A DNA stretch of 58,804 bases, filler included, from Catajapyx aquilonaris (taxonomy: Eukaryota): NCBI GenBank assembly GCA_000934665.2. It is 2 parts of 2 records of this genome, joined end to end, with 100 filler letters (N's around TTAATTAATTAA, not from the genome) between each part and the next. Parts side by side here need not be neighbours in the genome. Positions count along the whole stretch, not along the records: positions 29,287 to 58,804 come from KZ539227.1; 1 more part is not named here. One strand, given 5' to 3'. The notes under the pieces are model-generated. The model ran no database searches, was not told where the DNA came from, and was given only the letters and a program-made list of their open reading frames with translations. This document shows positions 48,701 through 58,804 of the stretch, piece by piece (positions within the stretch are counted from its first letter, which is position 1; every line of letters starts with the position of its first letter). A program made the translations under genes and the position numbers.

Positions 48701-51700
48701 AAGGGAAATTTCATTTTGGTGGGCCATGGGCGTTGCCAAAAATCCCCGCCAATTGTGTTTTATGTCCAGCTGTGACTGGGGAAGAGTCAGGCCTCGCCCA
48801 CTTACACACGGAAAATGATGGCCGATATAAGTCCCATGGCCCGCCGCCTGTTCCACTCATAAAAATGAGCCTCGCCTTCATAAACCATCACTCTCTCGGC
48901 GCTGTTCCTGACGTCACGCCCCACACTTCGCACCGCCACTACCTAAGTGGCCATGTACCACCGCATCCAGATGCCACAGGTTCCTAGGAAGTTACTCCTG
49001 GTCCGGCCCTGCTGAGTAATTGTTGCCAAATTAGTTTCCCCCATTTTTATCCTCCAGGCCCAGAAAAAGAGCTTGCGAATACTCCATGGGGGCGCCCCCA
49101 AATTAATTGAGACACGACGGATCTCTCAAGATTCTATTTGCCTAACGAGATTTTATTTTTCCCCGGTAGGAAGGTGCATCTGTCGGTGGGAGTGATTAAT
49201 GGCGAAAAGGCAAGTCCGCCGCGGCCGACAGAATTAGAGTCAATCAGACTAATGAGGATTGAGGCTGGGGGTAGGCGGGTTGGGAGTGAGGGGGGAGGGG
49301 GGAGTAGGGTGGATTCCCATTACGGAATATAGAATTTTTAAGCCTCCCTTCCCCAAGCCAGCATTCTCTGTCTCCCCTCCGCAAGCAGCAGCCTTCAATT
49401 CCAACCTGCTCCTGCCTGCAATTGGGGACTTTCTGTCAAGGGATTCCCGCCCAATCCCCTCCCCTCTATTCGCAATCACTTCGGATCAGGTTTTAAGCAC
49501 GACACTGGCACAGAGGAGCCAACCGGGCCGAGCTTTTGCTGCCAACATACCACCTACAGGCAGCATGGTGACCACCCACTGGTCGTCACCAGTATCACAC
49601 CTCCTGCTGGTATCAAATCTTCGAGATGTCCACCTGCAATTGCCACCTGGGAACTTGGAAAGATGTCTCAGGAGGATCCCCTCTTCCAACCAGCATTTCC
49701 ATGTGATTGGAGAGCCACCCCAAGTGCTGGGGCGGGGAAAATAATGTCGCGATGGTGCGTGTGAGATATATTAATGCATCAAAAGGGATTTATGGCTTCG
49801 GAAATAAACCCTGCTGAACTGGGTGTCGCGATTAGAACTGCGCGTCGTATATCTCGCAGGACAAGAGCAGCTTATTGTGGTCGGGTGATGTACACTCATG
49901 GAATCTGAATTTGTGGCGCACTCAATCAAAGCCCGGGCAAAGTCGCGGGTTCAGACTGCGCCCGGGGGCCAGTCCACTCGGCCCCCATTACCAACCCATC
50001 AAACCCGCGCCGGGATGACCAGGAATTATATGGCAGTTATGTGGGTCAACATTTTTGAGGGAGATGGAATATGCGACGTAATCGTAGTGTCCATACCTGG
50101 ACGGTCAAGCACACTGGTCTGAACTGATATTGGGGCAGGCTATACAGGGTGGTGTAATTTTTCGTCTTGGAATACCAGTATACAAAATAATGCAGACATT
50201 TTTCAACACCCTATATGTAACTGCTTTTTAGTATATAAGTTACTTTAAAACTGTTCTGAACTAACCTAAAGCATTAATAAGTGATACAATAAAGCTCAAG
50301 ATGGTCGGGTTCAATGAGCCCAGCTTTCATTACAGTGAACACACCCGGGCCTTATGCATAAGAGAAATTTGCTGCATAGTTTTTCGCAGGTCCGCTAGCA
50401 GTAATTATAAAGTGCTTTTTCAGAAGCGCAAAAAAAAAGAGTAAGCGACGTCGCCAAAAGCCATCCTTCGAAAAAAGAAACTTTATCCCTTCCCCCATGG
50501 TGCTCTCGAGATTTTCCTTTTCCGCGGCCATATCGGCCTCTCTCCATCAGCAAGATAAATATTGAACATCAGATGTGCCATTTGAAAGGGATTGCTTGGA
50601 TTTTTTCTCTCTTCATCCCGCCTCTCGGGAAGAAAAAGCGAAAGTTTCCGGGGAAGATACCGGATAACATTCTGACAGAGAAAGTAGGCTAATAAAAGCC
50701 TGCTTGATACACCTCCAGGACCACATCCAATTCTGCGGAATTTTAATTAATCTTCACAAATGAGAGACCCAACAGCAGAGAAGCCTAGCTGGCTGCTGAC
50801 ACTCGAATTGCATGGTTATCGAAGGGAAAAGGGGGGTAAAAAGAGGGAGACAAAGAGACAGAAAAGTAATAATAGAGTGGAAAAAGGGAGAGACAATTGA
50901 AGCAATTGGAAGCAGCATGGAAACAGTTGTGGAAGCTCGATATGCCAAGGCCTATTGCCTTTCTTATCAGGCGGAAGTCTGCACAAAAGGCCGCTGCAGG
51001 AGAGAGCTGGAACAATATTTTCCCAAAAGAAGATAAAAGGAAACGATGAGCGAGCAGCCTCACACAGAACAGAGAGAGAAGAGAGAGGCCTATTGCTTTA
51101 ACTTGATGAGGATGGTGTCGGAGGGGCCGTTGAGGCACACCAGAATGATCCATGGCAACCTCTCCTTCTTCCATCCTCATCCCTCTTCTTCGTCTTATAC
51201 ACTCTCCACTTGCTTCCAACACCCGCCTACTTCCGAGTCTTCTTCTCTTCCTTCGCCCCCCCCCNCCCCCCCTCCCATATGAAGCCGGCTCGGGAGCTGC
51301 TGTATACAAACTGCGCCATTTCCATTCCTTTTCCTGCAGCCTTCACATCGACTAGCTTCGGAGTGACTCAGCCCCACTCATCCTCTTATCAATTCACAAT
51401 CCCCGCATTGACTCGGCCGGGTCCGAATCGCCGACTTCCAACTCGACGACTCCATTCCGTCTTTTTCAGCAAAAGACGGTGAAACAGATTAGCACGCTGC
51501 CAACAATTTATACCACACTGCAAGGAAAGAAGATTGTACAAAAGGAAACATAGTGCATTACATGTTGGACATTTTTATTTCATTGTACCTAACCTCTGAA
51601 TAAATATCCCTCCGATTATGCCTACAGGACATAGTCCGATAGTCGGAGGGGTATTTATAAAGGGACTTTTTGTATACATACCAAATCCATGCTCATATAT

Positions 51701-53962
51701 ACTCATAACTGGAACCCCGAATCGAGGCACGGTCTCCATCTGTGGAGTCGAGGCGTAACTCAATGTCGGATCGTCATCAGCGATGTCGCTTTTTGTCACC
51801 CGTTTTTTTTTTTCTTTGTACGGAGATGGAGGGATAAGCCGGGGGGAGGCTCAGCAGGCGCGGCATGTTGCAAATGTTTTCGGCACGTTCCTAAAATGCT
51901 TCATCCAACCAGAAAATTTTCATTACCTTTACCTGCTTACTGTCCTGGATCCAGGCAAAAGTCCCAAACTACTGCAACAAAGTCTGGAGTTGAGGGGAAT
52001 TCTTTCCCGCTCGCTTGTCAAAAGGGATTGGAAACAGGTGGAGGCTGGGGGGTAGAGAGAGAGAGAGAGGGGGGGNCGGTGGGGGGGGGAAGGAATTATT
52101 CTGGCATCTCATTTGAACCGGCCAAAAGGGATTATGCATTGGGCTTATTAAGTGAGATGAAAGGAGGGTGGAGATTGGTGCTGGATTCCGGAATTCCGGA
52201 TGGTAATGTTGACGGTAGGGGTTCTTATGGGTGGGGTGGGAGGTGGGGGGGAAGCTGTAGATGTACACGGTTGAGGTTGGAAGGTAGTGCGTATAGTAGT
52301 CTCGGCAGTGGTGCGGGCAAAATTGCTAATAGTTGGGCCTAGGAATGAAGCTTTCATTAGCACTAATGGGCATTAAGCAGAAGGCACTGCACTTGGCGAT
52401 AATTAATAGCTTATTAGCCTTATAATTGTAGTCTCCCAGCAGGGAGAGACGTTTCATTTCGCGCCTTCCTTATTACGCGCCACAGACGGATGGACCTCTT
52501 TGTTCCAATTTTGAAAAACACACTCACTCGATTGGGCCGCCGTTACACACCCACGCATAATGAGGCACATCCCACCCTACCTCCCCACAAGCAGCCTGCT
52601 CTTAAATTTCCACTCCCCGAGATGCTTAAATGATATATGGCTGTTGAATGGGAAATTTCTCAAGTCGGCACCCCTTTCTCTAATAATTTAAAGTGATTGT
52701 TTCGTGAATGAGGCTTGCCTTGGAATTGGATAATGCAGCCTCTAGGCGGCATCCATCCATGTATGGGGAGGTTCGAATCCGAGCCCGCCCTTTGCAGTTG
52801 CCTTCTTCTCGAGGCGTTTAAGCTTGATTAATGATTCTCACTTTGTATCCGTCACTTGCAATGCCAGAGCCAAACCAACGCCGGGGCATCCCTAACCGTG
52901 TATATCTTGCATACCCTGAAAATCAGCACACCTCTCTCAGCCCGCCCTTACCCCCTGGCGATGCCACTTTGGAATCCCCAATATCGCAGCACCAGTGCGC
53001 AATAAACTGTGGGCAGAAATTGAATTAACATGCTTGCATTTCTCATCACTTACATGCATGCTACAATTTCATCAGGATTTGCATTGCCACCGGAAGGAAA
53101 AGTCACAATAAGTTATGGAAATGGTGGGCCTTGGCCAAGTGGAGAACCAAATTCTTGCAAATGACAAGTCATTCCTTCACGTGACAGCGACAGGTGAGGA
53201 AAATGATGCGGTTGAGATGCACAGTGCATCCAACTAACAACGGCCGAAAGGGTTAAACTAACCTTAATGAAACTCCTGCCCCAGCCCCATCCCCAGTTCC
53301 CCTCCTCCTCCTCATCTCCCACAACCTCATCTTGTTTACCCAGTAAAGTCAGGAAAAAGGAAGCCATTAAAAGTTTGGAGAGCAAGAGAGAGAAGTAGTC
53401 ATCCACAAGCCCACCCCTCCTTCCTCCTGCTCCTCCTCCTCCCGACACCCCCCCCCCTCCCTCACTTCACCTACAAAGTTGTCAGTATTACTGGAGCCGT
53501 TCAAGTTGAGAAAGATCATTAATTAAAAACTTGGTGGGCCTGTCAGCAGCATCGGCCAGCGTAATTAATGAGCCCCGTCTTCTTTANNNNNNNNNNNNNN
53601 NNNNNNNNNNNNTTTACCCCCCCCCCCCCCCCCACCACCGTCTTATTCCACACAGAATAGACATCTCCTGCAGATCCTCCCCAACCACCAGAATATCGTG
53701 CTAGTTGATTTACCAGGCATTCCTGTGTGTTCCCCACCTTCGTTTAAATGGTTTATTTATTTTACATGCAATGGTGCGTAAAAATTAACACTGTGCTATC
53801 TATCCTCCCTTGTTCTGGAAGAGGGAAGTGTAGAACTCAGACTCCGACAGTTTGCATCTGTACTTCTGGACCATCTCTTGGACCCGCAGCTTTCGACGCA
53901 CGTGTGGCGGCTGGTAGCTGCAATAAAAATGTGAAAACAATGCTGAATGTATTGTTCATAAC

Positions 53963-54035
<73 letters not shown>
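53963..54035. repeat. (TAA)n microsatellite
   Basis: About 24 perfect TAA units. Confidence 0.97.
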
Positions 54036-54036
<1 letters not shown>

Positions 54037-54393
54037 GGGGGGGGGGGAACATGGTCTAGAAACCCATTTATCTTTGCTAAAACTGCAAAAACTCCTTCCT
54101 GAAATAACATAGGTATTAATAATTTTAATTGCCTATACAATATCTAAATTATGCCCAGGACCTGATAAGAAAATTAGGTATTAATGTAGTTTTTAGGCTA
54201 ATATCTCCAATGCATTTTCTCTTTGAAAGCAAAGATCTAAGAGGGACTTTTTTCTTTCCTGGAAAATTCCCTCCATTTCACTGAAGAGGCAAAAATGATT
54301 CCACAATATCATGTTCCATTCCTTTCATCATGGCTGCAGATATATGATTTCTTCTAATCAGAAGCTCTACCTAACAACAACTCAGTGATGCTA

Positions 54394-54728
54394 AGGGAGG
54401 CGGAATGGTGCTGCGGTAACATATGCGCCCATGGATGTTAAGGTCCCGGGTTCGATCCCAGCCCGGGGTTCCCCCCTTCATCTCGTGCAGAGTTTGGTCG
54501 TCTCTGGCTTCAGCTTGGGTGGAAATTTCCACTAGACTAATCCACTCGGGGGAACTCACAAAATGACCAATAAACGGCATTGTACTTGCACTTTGCACAT
54601 CCACTCCTACTTACCCCTGGAACAATTAAATAATATCACATTATATGGTTCCAAAAAAATTGTGGTATTCCACTCCCCTAAAAAGGGCCCAAGGCCCGAG
54701 AACGGGTACAATTAAAAAAAAAAAAAAA
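54394..54728 (+). mobile_element. tRNA-derived SINE family A, tail type 1 (poly-A)
   Basis: GGGAGGCGGAATGGTGCTGCGGTAAC...GGGTTCGATCCCAGCC...CCCCTTCATCTCGTGCAGAG head and body, ending ...GGGCCCAAGGCCCGAGAACGGGTACAATT(A)n. Confidence 0.8.
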
Positions 54729-54923
54729 GTAATGCTGCATAAAAATGTGCTAGGTACAATCTTGCTCAATCATTTAGCACAGAGTGCTTGAGGAACCTGT
54801 TACTGTTTAAGAAACTCCACATTCAATTTACACCTGTCCTATACACACAGACATGAGTATAAATTAATCTTGTACTTGAATGGTCAAAAAGTGCGACTAC
54901 ATGATGTCAGAAAGACCTGAGAC

Positions 54924-54957
54924 TTTCTCTCTCTCTCTCTCTCTCTCTCCCTCTCCC

Positions 54958-54991
<34 letters not shown>
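54924..54991. repeat. (CT)n microsatellite
   Basis: Interrupted CT dinucleotide run. Confidence 0.95.
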
Positions 54992-54992
<1 letters not shown>

Positions 54993-55096
54993 TTTCATAT
55001 AAATATTGGTATAGTCTTGGTTATTTCCAGTGAGATATCAGCTAGCAGTGGAATGTGATTTTTACAAGTTAAATGTAGTGGCATTTTCAAGGGGGG

Positions 55097-55252
55097 TCCT
55101 ACTCATCCCCCCTTCGCTCGCGGTACCCGGGCGTTACGGAAAAGGACCACTTGTAAAGCTTGTACATCTGAAGCAAATAAAGGTACCGTGCCAGATGCCC
55201 AATTAGGGCAGTGCACTAACCCAATTATTATTATTTATTATTATTATTATTA
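55097..55252 (+). mobile_element. 5'-truncated SINE family A (tail type 2) with 14-bp TSD
   Basis: Flanked by ATTTTCAAGGGGGG at 55083-55096 and 55253-55266, with a (TTA)n tail. Confidence 0.85.
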
Positions 55253-55277
55253 ATTTTCAAGGGGGGATGCTGGGGTA

Positions 55278-55439
55278 CAGTCTTGGACATTAATCAAGGC
55301 ATACTGCTAGTGACATTTTCCGAAGCAGTAGAAGAAGGAATCCAAGATAAGGATAGTGCAAGCCAGGCGAGCAAGATTCCTTCTTCTGCCGCTTCGGAAA
55401 ATGTCGCTAGCAGTATGCCTCGATTAATGTCCAACACTG
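55278..55439. mobile_element. Palindromic MITE with Tc1-like CAGT termini
   Basis: TA|CAGTCTTGGACATTAATCAAGGCATACTGCTAG...GAAGAAGGAATC pairs with GATTCCTTCTTC...CTAGCAGTATGCCTCGATTAATGTCCAACACTG, ~65-bp arms. Confidence 0.75.
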
Positions 55440-55574
55440 TTCCTCCCTGAAGGAGGTCATCTGAAGCCCCAAGTGGTTTTCAAATGGATAAGCAAGGGTC
55501 AATCCAGTTTCAAAAATATCATTAATTGCAATGTAACCATAATGCACTTGTCTGTACATAAACCTGTATAATAC

Positions 55575-55929
55575 ATAATAATATAATAATTGGGGTTAGT
55601 GCACCGCCCATTGATGGGCATCTGGCATGGTACCTTTATTTGCTTTTAGGTGTACAACTACATTTTTGGTCCTTTTCCGTAACGCCCGGGTACCGCGAGC
55701 GTTAGGGGATGACAGGAGGAGATGTGCAAAGTGCAAGTGCAATGTCTCAATAGTGGTACATTTTGTGAACTCCCCCGGGTGGATTAGTCTGTCGGAAATT
55801 CCACCCGAGACAAAGCCAGAGACGACCCAACTCTGCACGAGATGAAGGGGGTGTCCCCAGGCTGGGATCGAACCCGGGACCTTAACATCCGTGGGCACAT
55901 ACGTTACCACAGCGCCACTTCGCCTCCCT
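55575..55929 (-). mobile_element. Full-length tRNA-derived SINE family A, tail type 2
   Basis: Minus strand head GGGAGGCGAAGTGGCGCTGTGGTAAC...GGGTTCGATCCCAGCC, shared body, and tail ...GCAAATAAAGGTACC...GTGCACTAACCCCAATTATT. Flanked by the direct repeat ATAAACCTGTA. Confidence 0.85.
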
Positions 55930-55972
55930 CATATATATAAACCTGTAAGTACTGGTACCTAAAATGTGACTT

Positions 55973-56121
55973 TGAAACAAATCTTGTCAGTATGTATCAG
56001 TTTACTCGGAAATACTGCTGTTACTCTTCATGCATGCCCCTTCTCGTCTACATCTCACGCATATGAAGAGTAATAGCAACATTTCTGAGTAAACTGATAC
56101 ACACTGACAATATTTGTTTCA
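55973..56121. repeat. ~150-bp long hairpin (MITE-like or hairpin RNA)
   Basis: TGAAACAAATCTTGTCAGTATGTATCAGTTTACTCGGAAAT..TTACTCTTCAT pairs with ATGAAGAGTAA..ATTTCTGAGTAAACTGATACACACTGACAATATTTGTTTCA. Confidence 0.75.
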
Positions 56122-56542
56122 GTCTTTGCAAGCAGTAGATGAGAGGGAGAATGCATGTGTATTTCTTTCCCTGTCAAGTTCCTTCCACCATAACCTTGAT
56201 ATACCTACCAGAAAGAAACAAAATCTGCTCTTGTTGCATGAATGCAGGTTCAACGTAATTACATTAGGGTAAAGCAGGGTAAGTGCGTAAATGGGGCAAG
56301 TACGTATGGCACTGATTCTAATATATGACACAAGGTGGCAGGAGTTATCGAAAATCACGTAAATGTTCACGAGGACCTTTGACCACTCTGCTAAAAGTAG
56401 CACAATCTATTCTCTTTCATCACATTGATAAAAAATGGCTGCCAAGCTCAAGATGGCATTTTAACTTCTCCAGGGAGTATGTAGATATCTTTTGCAAAAA
56501 ATCTGACAAGGCTTGTATTGCATGCTGCATAACTGCTCCTCC

Positions 56543-56865
56543 GGGGAGGCGGAGTGGTGCTGCGGTAACGTAGCGCCCACGGATGTTACGGTCCCGGGTT
56601 CAATCCCAGCCCGGGGACACCCCCTTCATCTCGTGCAGAGTTCAGGGTCTTCGTCTCAGGTGGTATTTCCACAAACCACCCGGGGGAGTTCACTAAAAAT
56701 GGCCACATAAAGACATTGCACTGCACCTTGCACATCCCCTCCTGTCATCCTGCCCGTGGGCCCGGGCGCTTCAATAATTAGGTTCCAAATATGTACGTCG
56801 TACAAATAAAAGTCCGTGCTACATGCCGAGAGGCCAAGCACTACCCGGATATTATTATTATTATT
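56543..56865 (+). mobile_element. Full-length tRNA-derived SINE family A, tail type 3, 14-bp TSD
   Basis: Same head and body as the copies at 54394 and 55929, but a distinct tail ending GCACTACCCGGAT(ATT)n. TSD ATAACTGCTCCTCC at 56529-56542 and 56866-56879. Confidence 0.88.
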
Positions 56866-58804
56866 ATAACTGCTCCTCCACTGTATGTAAGAGGTTAAGG
56901 TGTACTATCACGCTGCTATTGTTCCGTTTTGGTGGCATAATCAGGCTGGTTTTTAAAATGGGTGTTGCACTTGCGCCCAACTAGCCATCATCAGGGTCAA
57001 GTGCATACCCAATTAATACGGGTACATGGATCGAAATGCAATATTGGAGGAATAAAGCTAACAGTCACCAAAAGAGGTGACAAGAGATCTTTATGTGGTC
57101 ACCAATGGATATTCCGTGACTGGTGACAGGCTAATTTCGAACACTGGTGTGAAAACACTTCGACGTGATTCATTTAAATCAGATAATGTTAGTAGGCTAC
57201 TGATAGCCAACCTATTGCGGAGCGGTGATTAACCTGTTGAGGGCGACGTCCATCATATGATGGTCTGCGGATGTTTGAATTTGGCGCGCGAAAATGTGCA
57301 GAGAGAATTCGAACTTTGTGGTTCCAAATTCGGTTCAATATACTCCTGCCATCTCTTGGATGGTGACTCAACTACCATGAGACTCCCACAATCCACTGGG
57401 TGGGAGCCAAGCTGAATCGAACATGTCAAGGCCACGCAGCTCCCGCGTCATCTTTCATGTAATAAAAACGCCCTGAGTACAGAGTGTCCATAAAGTCTGG
57501 ACGCTTGGGAGTTTCTCATAGTAGTGTTGTGGTAATATTATGCAACTATAATAACAGTGTATAGTGATTATGTAAACTTGTTAGGCCTATCGACGTTATG
57601 TGAGCAAAACGATTCTTTAAAAAATATTTCTGGAACACCCTGCAGAAGTGTAGATGAATTTTTTCCACCATTTTACATTAAAAAGAACCACCACGAATTA
57701 AAATGATTAATTTTGGCACGAAGTTGTTATTCATTAATATCACTCCTACATCACAAAAGAGAGAGAAAAAAGCCCAAAAACCTGCCAGACATGCCACCAT
57801 CAACAGGTTAAAAGTTTGTCCCATAAGAACTAGTTGGTATATTTTTATTCGGAAAAAACAGACTGACAGAGGAAGTTTTTGTCTAAGTTGTGGCACTATT
57901 AGTCCTATGCAACCTGAACAATGTTTATTACTATGACAGAATTCCAAATTTGCACTTACCCCATATCACGGGGCAAGTGTGGCACTAAGCACCCCGGTCT
58001 TATTGTAATTATTTTTCGGAGCACCCACAGAGATGAATAGGCCACGTTGAAAGTCAATAAGGTGAGGTACGAGGGGCATCAGGAAATTCACAAGACAGTA
58101 AATTGGAAATAGTCTAACCCCTACATCTCAGCTCAGGAACCCTGATTTGCAACAAAAACTGACAGCATAATATTGGAATCATAGATTTTTAAAGAATTTT
58201 GGGGGCTCAACTTTCCAAAGCTGGAATCCTTCCATTAGTAACAATTAATTATTATAGCAAAAATTATAATGGGCATCACATGGTCCAATAAAGTGGTCAA
58301 AATCAATGGCATAAGAATGAAATCCAGAAAAGTCTCAGTGGAACTAATAAAATCTGCATATGTATGTGGCTTGTATGAGTCCCATCTTTACCACTGCATA
58401 ATTTGTGAAAGGATGTGACCTTGTAATTTATGCAACTTTAGACTTGTCATCTTTGAATCCATTCTGTCAATACCAATTTGGAGCGATAGAGTGAAACATG
58501 CGTACTTAGCGGAATTGCTAAATTTCGTGATAATTTTCCATAAGTTTCCACTTCATCAGACAATCCTAAACTAGGAAAATAATTCAGCTGTATCTAATAT
58601 ATATAAAGCCCCACGCCGAGGAGGATATAGGATGGAAAAGATCTCCCACTTCCCGAGGTCGCACAGACCTCGGACTTACACCGTTGTATTCCTTGCACCC
58701 GTTTTCATATTTTGAAAAATCCTCAAAACCGCGAATTTCCCAGCCGTTTTCGAGATCGCCAAATTAAATGTAGACGCAAACCCGAGATCGCGAAATTAAT
58801 GTAT

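Noticed and set aside
53748..54140. Poly-Asn, poly-Ile and poly-Leu ORFs
   Set aside because: Translation artefacts of the (TAA)n microsatellite.
54394..56620. tRNA genes suggested by A/B boxes (also 1325-1360, 28670-28738, 29490-29560)
   Set aside because: No complete cloverleaf. The heads continue into SINE bodies with tails and TSDs.

Overview
Eukaryotic genomic DNA, most likely from an arthropod (inferred from the hyd-type UBR5, short GT-AG introns and tRNA-SINE/Helitron repeats; species not determinable). The window has two halves split by an assembly gap containing a TTAATTAATTAA spacer (29187-29286). The left 29 kb is gene-dense. It holds a complete hyd/UBR5 HECT E3 ligase (+), a secreted mucin-like protein with 16-aa repeats and a Cys-rich tail (-), bystin (-), an unidentified coiled-coil gene (+), a ~109-aa tail-anchored small protein (+), a CCDC13-like gene with two possible 3' ends (+), a complete CatSper1-like single-domain cation channel (-), and the first coding exon of an APTX/PNKP-type FHA gene (+) cut by the gap. 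The channel is the standout: it can be reconstructed from ATG to stop only by using a GTATCCTTT U12-type intron within S5, and it has a TLDNW pore and an extended 7-Arg S4. The right 29.5 kb has no recognisable gene. It contains tRNA-derived SINEs (shared head, different 3' tails, clear TSDs), several palindromic MITEs, a 1.9-kb foldback element and microsatellites. Exon boundaries were read by eye and family calls are from recalled motifs, not database searches.
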